From: Camelus dromedarius
Lineage: Eukaryota
Direction of reading: 5' to 3'
Assembly: GCF_036321535.1 (NCBI RefSeq)
Contig: NC_087436.1
Coordinates: forward strand, 55,740,001 to 55,804,000
DNA length: 64,000 nt
Shown here one piece after another: positions 39,609-50,959 of this stretch (within the stretch, counting starts at the first letter, position 1; each line of letters starts with the position of its first letter). The position numbers and the translations under genes were made by a program. The notes under the pieces were generated by a model. That model ran no database searches. It was given only the letters and a program-made list of their open reading frames with translations, and was not told the DNA's origin.

Positions 39609-39780
39609 TGAGCGCGGCGGGCGCACGGCTGCTGTGAGTCTTCAACCGCCAGGGCGGTTACTGCCCGTGTCTCCCGCGGGGCCCCTTTCCCCGCCGAACG
39701 TGCGCAGCGCCCCGACGGTGGGCGCTGCCGGCAGAGGCCACGTCATGCCCTGCGGGGCCACAGGCCACAGCCTGGATCGA
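39575..39780 (-). promoter_or_regulatory. CpG island / TATA-less promoter and 5' UTR of PDHA2
   Basis: The only strongly GC- and CpG-rich segment in the window. GC box CCCCGCC at about 39689-39695, ATF/CREB-like TGACGTGG (minus strand, 39738-39745), and two MYB-type GGCGGTTR sites (39643-39660). Confidence 0.85.
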
Positions 39781-42700
39781 CTGATTTTTACACAGCCTTC
39801 CAACTGTAAAATTAAGGATTAAGGTCGTTTCTTTTCCTGGAAGACTCGGCTGAACTACAGCCTGTTCCTAATTAACGCCATTATCATTGCTGAAACACAA
39901 TAACCCGAGTCCCTTTTACCTGCTAAACGCTATAGCAGTGCTTCTCAAACGTATCAATGGAGGAGAACAAATACAGAAACTAAGGCGCACAAGAGCTTGA
40001 TTAGATTAAGCCGAAGATAATTACTAATATTTCTTTAAAATCTTTCTTTTTTAATCTTTAAAATATGTGTATTTTATCCTACTCCACAATATACCATATT
40101 TATTTTAATGTAAAAATAAAGATGTAAATGATTTGTAGTTTACTCAAAAAAAAAAAAAAAAACAAAAACACTCTTAAAAGAAAAGTTGGTGCACCAGAAG
40201 ACTATGCTACATTTATCCCATGGCTTCTACCATCTCTCATCTGATGGGGGGTGGGGGAGGCGAGGAGGGCAACTGATGGTACACAAACCCCGACCTAAGA
40301 ATAACAGTATAAACCCAATAACAAGCTTTGCCTGGTATGGGAAAATTGGAGGAAGTGTTGAAATGCAGATTGAAGTAACAACTAAGGAGTTTTGGTATGG
40401 CACCTTTCCTTACCCTTTATTGTAATTCTGAATCCTATTCAGTTTCACCTATTTTCTAATTTTTTTTTTTTTTCTTTTTTGAGGGGTGGGAAGGTGGTCT
40501 ATAATGTCTTCAACAGGTTTCCTTAGAAAATAATCAAGATTCAGATGGCTTTGTTTTTTGCTTTTATGTCAAAGTAAATTGAACCAGTCTTAGTCTGGGA
40601 AATCAAGAGGCAGGTTCTAATAATATTTCCTTATATAGTAAACATGTAACTTCTTATACAGTGACCCAATGAACAATATACAATTTGCACTGAAAGAGAA
40701 CAATAGAGTTTACTTAAGCAGCTGGTTCAATCATAGGACAAAAGAAGTCTTAGGCCTAGTGTTACAAAGATCACATATCATTTTTCTCTTTTGTGCTTTT
40801 ACTAGAAAGGTGATTTTGTATCCCAATAAGCCAACCACAAACAGGGATCCGGCTCTATTTAGACTATCAAGCAATTCACCTTAATGCGTGTTCTGTTTTG
40901 TATCCACCACTTGTTTGTAAATAAACAAATAAAATACAAAATTCCTGTTTATAGTTAAATTCTTACTCAAATTTCCCTATGAAATGTTCAAAGCAGCTGC
41001 CTTCTCTGTATCCATATTACAAGTGTTATTGTGGATATTTCTTCTACTATTCAGGCAGGAAGGAGAAAATAGCTTGTTAAAAAGGTCTTATATCTCTTAA
41101 CTCAATCTTTCCCCCACCTCCCCAAACCAGTCATCATAAATGGGCCTCATCTTTTCATTCAATTTAAAATTCTGCTTTTGGAATTCATGGTCTTGCTGGG
41201 TTGTTCGCTCCTTCTTTGATAGTTAGCCTGTCTCTGCTGTTCTCTTTCATTCCTGCAGGTATTGGCAATCTCCAGGGAGCATTATCTCCATGAGAATGAG
41301 AAAAATGACACTGCATGATGGAACAGTAGTGTTAATGGGTCACTGAGTGACAGCTGAGCCTTCTCTCAGAGGTATCAGCCAGGCTAACACTGTCAGGAAC
41401 ACAAGAGCTATACTGTAAAGTGTGCTAGTTTAATCTTGTCACACATATAGCCTGGGATTCAAAGATAGAGCCCTCCTTAAAAGCCCAGTGTGACAAGGCT
41501 AAACCTGACTCATGCCAGAGGAAAACATGCAAAGATGCTAATTGGAAAATACCTGTGCTACAGGTTGCCATGGAAGATGGCCCTTAAATTGCAATAGGCT
41601 CTGGTTAACATGATAAATAATAAAATATTAAACTTGCAGGGACCTCTTAAACCTATCAGTTACAGCATACAACCTAAATTCAACTTAAAAGATAGATGAA
41701 ATCATATTTGCAGAAGGTAATGTTGAAGTATTTCCATTAAAGAAGTGATTAAATCTGAAGATGATTTTTCTTTAACTTTATTGTTATGTTCCTAAACTAA
41801 TCCACATTTTGAAAGTGAGAGTAAAATTTCCAGATGTCATTGTAAAAGTTTAAAATTCCCCAAGGAGATCCGGAGCTGTTGAGCCTCTTCTCTCATCTGC
41901 CCCCAGCTAGACAGGATTCAATATACTTGGACAATAGAGCCAGTGACTCTTTCCTGCTAATGATTTATATTTTGTCTTATCATTGTTCAACTGTTTATTA
42001 ACAAACAGAACTGAGTCATCTACATGTTTACCACTGAAATGTTTGCAACTAAAATCTCCATAAATTCTTAAGTTTTTAATTAATGCCAAATCTCACTTTT
42101 AATCTATTTGAAATTAAAGGAAAACAGATGAGGCCAATAGTAGACTTTACATTTAATTAATTAAAAAAAACCTGATAAAAGAGGAGTCAGTCAGTTGATT
42201 AGAGTAGCAGTCATTCATGTCAGTGTGACAGAATTTCACATTTCATGTGTAACGCTTGATCCTCCAGGGGCATTTATGAATTCATCTTAAAAGTGTCACC
42301 CCAGTTGCATCAATAGCATATGAAATATTTTTAATAAGCAAGAAGGAAATATTAAAAAAAAAGAACAGCATGTTTGAAGAATATTTAAATTCCTCTGGTA
42401 ATAATTGCACACTTTCACCAAATGCTAAGTAAAGAAAGCTGTTAAAGAATGAATATGTTCTGCATAAATAATATCAGATCTCATTATATGATTAGTGGTA
42501 ATGTATTTTTTTCATAGCTCTAAGATTTGGCAATTAAAAGTGATGAGTAATAACTTGGTGAAAAAAATTAAGAGTTACATACGACTTAGAGAAGAATGTT
42601 TCCCATTTGGTCTATTTATCTCCCTTGGAGAAAAGAGAATATGTCACTACCATATATTCTGCAAAATAATGACAATCAAGTAAGGTTCCTCTCTAATATT

Positions 42701-45700
42701 ATAATAAGTGAGGTTATTTCAGAACAGTTCAGAACCCTGGGCAAACAATATTTTTTTTTCTCCTCATCCCCATCATAATTCTGAAGTATCATTAAATAAA
42801 CATTCAGGACAAATTATCATGAAGAGGAAACTTAATTGCAAATGAGATAAAGTGAGGGTGCTCCTCATTCCAAATAATGATGGTGTAAGGAAAGGAAAGA
42901 CATTCATGGGTTAATTTTTAGTAGCAACTAATGGAGCCGTCTTCCTCCTGCTAGATGAGCAGAGTCATCCGAGTCATCATGCCCACAGTACCCAACCCTT
43001 ATCCCTAGGGTCTGGGACCAAGGTCTAGCAGCTAAAGACTGTAAAAGAAAACTTTCCAAATATTTAAATAAGCTCCCTATAATTAAAGCTGAAATTGACT
43101 GTGGCCAAGTGAGATAAGAAGTAAAAAGTCATGAATAACCTGCTGTCAAGATTTACAATGGCCTAATGTCTCAATCAGTAGAGGACTAGTATAGATGTCA
43201 AAAGCTATGAACTGATTTATGCTCAGTACTTTTGAGTTGCTTTGTAAAATCATAGTCCCAATTCAAAATAAAAATAATCAATCCAATTCATGTTTGTAAC
43301 AAATCAAAGCAAATTCAAGAAAGCCCAAGTTAGGTCTATTTGCAATTCCTCCAAAAATTATTATTTACACTTCTTAGGAAAGTTTTTTGTTCAGAAGATG
43401 TTAATTCTCACATACTTAAAAACCCATATCTCAAAATTTTATTACCTAAATATACATTTATCTTTAGGAACTTTAATTTTAATAGAAATAAAGTACACAT
43501 TAAACGTGATCATAAAAATAAACTTAATATATTCAAGAGTGAAATGATGGCTTCTCTCCTCTGAACAAAGTCTTTTGTAATACATTAGTCTCTTAAATGT
43601 ACCATTTTATTGATGTTTTCTATATATATGTCCTCTAACAACATTTCCTGCTAACATCTTTGGGTAGATTATTACCTTTTCTAGTATCAGCATGTGATAA
43701 CATAATTAGCACATTTGTTTCCTTTGACTTCACTTTGAGGAAGACCTGAGTCACTGAACCAGGCTTAAAGAGACAAAGGATATTGGCAAAATTCCAGGGC
43801 ACTGCTGCCCCCTAGAAGGAAGTCTGAGCAGCACATCTGACCATTCAGACAAATCTTAGGAAAAGAGAGAATCTGAAATTTAGCACCCCACTTTAATAAC
43901 CTACTGCTGGCTGCATGGTCAGTTTTCTTTGCTCTCTTCTTGTCTAAGCTTGGGCACAGAGTTGCCTTATCACATCCTAAACTTTGATCCTAATATATCC
44001 CATGGCTCTCTCCAAAGATTCCTGTGAATATGTACAGGCATACAAACAAAATTTTCTCTACTAAATAGTATTTTTAAATAATTAAGATAGAATTTTAAGA
44101 TATCATATCCATTAATTTGAGATTTAAGGCACTGTTGTGAACATTGCTGAGGTTTGTGAAAACCTTGCATCTCTTTGCTAGAGATACAAAGTTTGCTTAT
44201 TTGATTCCTACAGAGACAGGTAAGGTACTGTCTATGATTCTCAATTTCTATATGAGGAAACTGGGGCCTAGGGAGTTTAGGTGAATGGCAAAAAATTACA
44301 AAGCTAGTAAAAAGCATAATACTTATTCTTTGCTTATTCAGCACATATAATGAAGTGCTTTCCTTCTATATATCCCCTTTCTATACTAAGCAGTAGAAAT
44401 AAAATGATGACATACAATAAGATTTCCCTCTACCTAATCCGGTTCATATGGAGGTGCTGTGCTGTAAGCTCTCTCAGGTTTTCCGGCATTGCGTGTGGAA
44501 AAGGACACATCATCACTGAGTGACAGAGGATGCAACACATGAGCAGCTGTTAGAGAGGCAATAAAACTAATGTATTGCATTCCGGGCAATGGTTACAATG
44601 ACAGTTTGTCTTTATTAGGATCATTGATGAACAAATTAAAAATAGAGTACTGTCAAACAGTAACATACAAAACAGAACACTCTAATTTTGTAAAGTTGTG
44701 TTGTCTCCTTTAATTTGGTAATACAGCAGAGTTGAAAAGGCACACTGGGAAATATGAAAATCAGGATCTCATAATTATGCAATACGTTATGAATATGAAT
44801 ACAGCTTCTCCAAGCAACCTAAGACAATGCTGTAGATGTTTTATGGAGCTTTCTGTGCATGAGAATCTCTATGTTCCCACGGACCCACGGTGCATCTAGA
44901 TAATAAGGTATTTCCATAGTACCCAGCACTGTAAGTCTAAAAGGCCACCATGGGAGAAGCCTCAGAGAGGTTTTCAAATGAAAGGCCTAATAAACACCAT
45001 AAGCACTGCTAAATGAAGATAATGTGTAAGAAGAGCTTTTAAGCTCAAGCATGTTAGGCACTCATCAAAAGCATCACATGCAGAACACATGATCGTTGGC
45101 AGACTGTCAGAGGAATTTACATAGCTTCTGTCAGGGCCACCACCTCTTCCATTCTCTCAGGCCATGTGCACTACACTAAAATTTATAATGAATTTCTTCA
45201 AAAATGCTTAACCTTGATCTGCCCTCATCTAGCCTTTTTCCCACTTCATTTCATGTTAAAATTACTCTATTTACTATAAGAATGCATTACAGCTTTTCAA
45301 GGGATTTCCCATGTTTTATAGAATTTTTCCAAATCATATGGAAAATTACATGAAATGCATCATATCCCCATTGATCTGAGCAGAAACAGACCCAACAAGG
45401 TTAATAAGCCACAAACATTAGGCATGTCTTCGGGTTATACCTCTAATGCCTGGAGAGGTAGCCTCATTTGATGAAGTGCTCCTTGCCTGCACATACTACA
45501 CTTCCCCCCATTCCAGCAGCCTGTCTTCTGATGAATTTTTACACCTATCAGAACTTCCTTGCCACTAATCTTAGCGGAAGAGGAATTCTCTTCTTATCTA
45601 GAAATCTAACACCTCAGCCGCAGCTACGGAACCTGTTATTGGCTCATAAAGAGACACTGTTCCTACTCATATACTCCCCACTCCCACCCCCCACTGGAGA

Positions 45701-46349
45701 ATCATCAATTTTGTCTCCGCCTTCGGCTTTCTTTCATGCTCATATTTCCTCAACTCTGAAAGAAGATACCCGAGTCCTCAGTGTCTTTTTTAGATCTCAT
45801 CGTGTGTTATTCCTTTTATCTGGTCAAGCTCCACAAACATGCAACCTGTACCCATAGTCTCCATTTACCTTCCTCTAATTGCTTCCATATGCTTCTGCAA
45901 TCTGTGTCGTCAACAATGAACTGAAATTTCTCACATCAAGGACTTGGCTAAATTTAATGACAATTTCAGTATCATCATGCTCTGGAACTCTCCACCACAT
46001 AACATAAGTGTTTCTTCATGGATATTCCCTTACCTTAAGTTAAAATAATAATAATAACGTTCTTACGCACTTATACCCCAAACTTCATTTCCTGGTATGT
46101 CTATCTTGACCCAAAAAGTAAATGTAGGTCTAATGTTTAATACTATACTGCTCTATTCTTGTCAGTTAAATGATTACCCCTAGAGTCTCATGTGATTTAC
46201 TGGTTTAATTCTCACCTGTAAGGTGCTGCCAACTATATTTTTAACATTAACTTTCCTTCATTCTCTCTAATCTACCAAGGGGAAAAAGTGTATTTTAAAG
46301 CTCTGTAGTTATTTAAACTGAAAAAAATTCTAAATAGAAAGAGTTCTTA

Positions 46350-46448
46350 ATTGTGCTCTACAGTGGAATTTGACACATTGTAAAATGACTATAACTCAAT
46401 AAAAAAAAAGTTAAAAAAAAAGAAAAGAAAATACCTAAAAAAAAAAAA
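46350..46448 (+). mobile_element. Very short young L1 3' end with long A tail
   Basis: tgtgctctacagtggaatttgacacattgtaaaatgactataactcaataaaa plus poly(A); TSD AGTTCTTA (46342-46349 and 46449-46456). Confidence 0.8.
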
Positions 46449-46958
46449 AGTTCTTACCTTTTACCTATTTGAATAAAAGTATCTTCTTTCCCAATTTTCT
46501 TGTCTTCATTAGCATTCCATTGCTGGTTTATAAACTTGACATATACTTTGACTGTTTTGTCTTTCAAAAATTATCTCCTATAAATGAAGAAAAGCACAAA
46601 GACATTTAAATCACTTTAAGATAATTGCTATCAAATTTTGATTTATTTCCCTTTATTATTTTCATTTCTGATATAATTACTATCTTACTATGCATTTTAT
46701 ATCTTGAGATTTTTTCTTAGTATCATATTATAACTATTTTCAAAAAGTTAAAAACTATTTAAAAGATAATTTCAATGGCTGCCAAAAAAAAAAATCTCCA
46801 TTATATGGACATACCATAACTAACTAAAAGTTTCCCCTAAGACTGAACACTTGTGTTATTACTGAGCTCTTCCTATGTTGCTGGCACTATGCACTAGGGA
46901 AATACTGCTTTTTAAAATTTAGTTTATAATGCTCTTAAGACAAAAATGTAATTATTCA

Positions 46959-47002
46959 TAAACCAAATTACCTCCCCCATAAAACAAGACAAAAACAGCC
47001 TC
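46959..47002 (+). mobile_element. Tail-only (5'-truncated) Vic-1-like SINE insertion
   Basis: aaaccaaattacctccccc matches the SINE 3' segment; flanked by an 18-bp perfect direct repeat CAAAAATGTAATTATTCA. Confidence 0.7.
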
Positions 47003-47317
47003 CAAAAATGTAATTATTCAATGTATCAGACTCTCCTGTTACAGTTCCATTCTTTGCACACAATCATGTGCTTATGTACTACAAATAATTACTTACTGCT
47101 TTGTCATTTAGTCTTTGAGACATCACTAGATATGCTCAGAGGTGATACAACTTTATTTTGTCCACTTCATGCTTCCACTGTCATGGATTGAGTAGTCTAT
47201 TATTTTTATTACTTTGATATGTTGATTTCATACCTACATACCTATATGTATATCTCCATCTCTGTAAGCTAAAAATTTTGTTTCTAGGCTCTTTAGTTTT
47301 ATTATAAGTTAATTCTT

Positions 47318-47474
47318 TAATATTTTATTTATCATCATATTATTTAATTATTTTACTTTGGCAGGGGGGTGTGGGGGAGGTAATCAGGTTTCTTTATTTT
47401 CAGAGGAGGTGTTGGGGATTGAACCCAGGACCTCATGCATGCTAAGCATGCACTCTAGTACTTGAGCTACACCC
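47318..47474 (-). mobile_element. tRNA-Ala-derived camelid SINE (Vic-1-like)
   Basis: Reverse complement GGGTGTAGCTCAAGTACTAGAG...GAGGTCCTGGGTTCAATCCCC...AAACCTGATTACCTCCCCC; TSD ATAAGTTAATTCTT. Confidence 0.88.
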
Positions 47475-47869
47475 TATAAGTTAATTCTTATAAGTTAATT
47501 CTTATGTGGACACTTCCCAGTTTTAAATTATTAGAGCATAATATAATCACATATTTGATAAACCAAGCCATTAATCATTACATTCCTTTTTCAAAATCCT
47601 TAAGATTTTAATGGCCTATATACTATTTCACATAAATATTGGAATAATTAAATTAAAATAATTTGGAATTTGAATAGAATTCCATTAGCATATAAAATGA
47701 ACAGGAAAGAACTCTATCTTCACCATATTTAGTTTCATGATTCAGGTCTATGCATCCTTCAACTTACTCAGAGTTTGACACATTGACGTTGTATGGTTTT
47801 CCTTATGATATCTTACCCATTGTTTGTAAAATTGTTTCTCTGCTTGGGTGTTGGTGTTTTTAATAGACA

Positions 47870-48090
47870 ATTATTTATTGACTTCTTACATTCCAGGCAC
47901 TCTGCTAAGTATACTGCAAGCAATATTTTACTAAACTGTCACAACAATCCTATGACATAGGTAAGACTGCCTTACTTATTTTTACTGATAAGAAAACTTA
48001 GACTTTAACAGTAAGTATTTCCAGGAACCAAAAGCCAGTAAGGGATAGAAATTGGACTCAAATCCAGATTTGTCTACCTCCAGCCTTTAA
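47870..48090 (-). mobile_element. MIR SINE
   Basis: tttattga...ccaggcactctgctaag...cacaacaatcctatga...ttttactgataagaaaact...ggactcaaatccagatttgtct. Confidence 0.7.
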
Positions 48091-49657
48091 TGTTTTGTCA
48101 ATAATTATGATGATAACTCTGAGATGGAAACAGATGTTTTATTGAGGAAATATTCTAAATTTAATTTTTACTATGTTTTTAACAAAGTTTAAAAATTTTT
48201 AAATATATTTTCATATTATTTGAAATAGTCATATCACATCTTTTTATTTGAGTTACTGATAGACTGCCACTCAAGGCCATCCCTATGGTGTGTGGGATCA
48301 CAGGCAAATATACTTTTGCAGAACTCCAAAATGCATCACAATATTCATGGATCCATGCAGGGCATAATGATTTATTAAAGATGATTCAGAATAATGGGTA
48401 GAGAAGAGGAAATTACACATTTATTGCCCAATCAGAGCTTGTGAAGATCCTTGATAGAGTTCAAAAAGCACAGTCTATTCTTTTTCATGCCCAAGAACAT
48501 CTCTTCCTGTTCTTTATTGCCGAGTACATAATTTCTAGCTAATTTTGTATGTGCTTCTTCAAGAAAGAGGTAGTACCTGTTGTTAATCACAAAGCAGTGG
48601 TTCCCCATAATCTGTTTATATTGAAATAATATAGATCTTCTTGACTCGACAGTTTCCTAATACCAGTTAGTTACTTCTGGTTACACTATTACTTAGAATG
48701 CTGAAGCATCCTGCCAACCATGAACACTAGCTTCTCAAAATTTGTTACTGTGTTTTATTTATCATGACCACAAATGCAAGTCTTACCCAAAGTATGCAGG
48801 TAAAAGTAAACAATAATTATATTTCTGGTCATGTTCAGTTTATCTTTAGCATTATTTATGGCATAAATGTAAAACAACACTCCTTCCAAATATGTCCTCT
48901 CTTGAGCAGTTTAGGCTGTTATCAGTGCTTTTCTAGAATGTGGTTTCTTTCCATGTGGATTGCATTCCCGTCTCCTACTTATCACCACCAGCAAGAGGGG
49001 CCACTGAAGGAGTGAGATGAGCCATCCTATTCGTGCAAGGAATGGCTGTCCTGCCTGTAGCACACCTAAAGACCAACCAAGGAGAGCAGCATCAGTTAGG
49101 GGCAAAAGAGGAAATCTGTAAGAAGGGCCTGATGGCATTGCAGAGCAACTATTTCAAAGTCCTGGGAAGAGCTAGGAGCTGCCACCGCAGGAGGGCTGCC
49201 TGAGAGGTGGAGTGGAGTTTGCAGAGTGGGGTAATGACCACCCTAGATACAAGTGATGACTGGTGCACTGGGCAAAGAATGGCTGCTTCCATTCTTACCA
49301 CTCTTGGGAGCTAAAGACTGGACGCAACAGCATGGTCATAACACAGAGGTACAAGAGCTAACGCTCGCTCAGTACACAAACCCAAGGATTGATGCTGAAC
49401 TATGGGCAGCCAAAAGCCGTGAATTTGTCCTGTATCTTATGTGAGTGTGTGTCAGTACCACTCTGGCAGTCCAATCTTGCTTGACTCTCACCATGCCAGT
49501 CAGCAGGAGTTATCTACTTGCCAGGCCACTCACATGGATCTGATGCACAGGCTCGGGGGCCTGGCATGACCCAATAGGCAGATGTTCTAGAGCTCCTCTG
49601 GGAATCTGGTCAACCTCATAGATGGAATAGCAGGTCAGAGAGCATCCAAGAGAAGAT

Positions 49658-49730
49658 ATGGATGGATGGATGGATGGATGGATGGATGGATAGATAGATA
49701 GATAGATAGATAGATAGAGGATAGATAGAT
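49658..49730 (+). repeat. Compound (GGAT)n(AGAT)n STR
   Basis: Direct observation of perfect tetranucleotide runs. Confidence 0.95.
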
Positions 49731-50019
49731 CAATAGAGGTGGATATGTATACACACACACAAACACATATATAAAATATCTTGTTAAATTTATATAGTCT
49801 AGATAGAACATATTTTTAAGTAAGTATATTATATTTATAGATTTATTGATAATAAACTCTGCTAGAATTTCTAGGATCAATTCAAACTGTCTGTTAGTTT
49901 ATTTACCTAATTCACGAACAAATTATGTGGCCTGATTTTTACAAACTAGTCTATTCTTGTTTTTAATAGATTACATTCATTTACAGTTATAATTATTCTT
50001 TACCCACCTTGTGTCATAG

Positions 50020-50270
50020 TAATAACGGCCAAATTTTATTGAGTGCTTAGCATGTAATGTTCATTGTCTAAACTTTATCATGGGTTATCCAGTTTAATTC
50101 TCACAGGCACACTTTTACATAGGTAGGTACCATTATTATGCACATTTTCTCACAGTTAAAATGAGTTTATTGAAGATGTTTACCACACATAATAGAGCTT
50201 ATAAACAGTGTGGCCAGACTGTGAAACCAATTTAGTTGAGTTCAGAGTTCTCACTTTGACCACTGTGTAC
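50020..50270 (-). mobile_element. MIR SINE
   Basis: ttttattgagtgctta...gtttaattctcac...gtaggtaccattattatgcacatttt. Confidence 0.6.
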
Positions 50271-50959
50271 TGTAGAGAGAATACTGAAAAAGGCAGGATC
50301 TCTGCAAATTCTTGTGCAGGTCTTTGAGAGACCCAATCAAATTACATTTCTTTCCTGCCTGGGTTCTAAATAAGTTGGTATATAAGACCAAAATTCAAAA
50401 ATGGAGGCCAAAATGTCATTATTGTTTTTGTAAAGTTTCCATCAAAAGATATTTCAGTGTGAGAGCAAATTTTGTCTCCTAACCCAGGAATGAGAGACTT
50501 ACCTTCTCAGTCACAGGCAATGCAGGACCCACAGGCTGGGGTCATAGAATGAGAAGAGCAGAGGAAGTCCAGCTGCCTGTGCGATGTTCATTCCCAAAAG
50601 GAAGAGAGAGGAGCTGAGCCTAGTCTGTTCAGTTTATATTTCCCAATTTTGCCATCTAGGTAAGTCACTTCATCTCTTTTAGGTGGGGCGACTGAAAGGA
50701 TGGAGAAACCCCAGAAGTGTTCCATCCAGCTCCAAGTACTGATGAGTTTCCGAAAGTCCTTTCTCTCTCATCCTAAGAGCTCCTTCTTGGCCAGCCTCCT
50801 GTTGATTTATTTTTTGAAACTGCATCCTGCTCCGTTGTTTTCATTGTTTCTAGCCTTTCTTTCGCTTCCTCACTGAATGACTCAGTTCTTTCAGCGTCAG
50901 CAGGTAGTGCTGGTGGCGAATTCTGTGAATCGTGGATGTAGGAGTAGAAGACATACACT

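Noticed and set aside
39609..39626. N-terminal extension MRPPRS in the ORF track (398 aa)
   Set aside because: It starts at GTG, an artefact of allowing alternative starts. Homology begins at the ATG at 39608.
39642..39746. 34-codon upstream ORF in frame with PDHA2 (ATG at 39746, TGA at 39642)
   Set aside because: Its ATG overlaps the CRE-like element, which probably lies upstream of the TSS. It ends in a stop, so it cannot extend PDHA2. It would matter only if a longer 5' UTR is shown.
38500..39822. Plus-strand ORFs overlapping PDHA2
   Set aside because: These are antisense shadows of a coding, GC-rich region with no recognisable protein features.
48240..49640. Possible ERV/ERVL LTR remnants
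   Set aside because: The composition looks LTR-like, but I cannot assign a family or termini with confidence. A Dfam search is needed.
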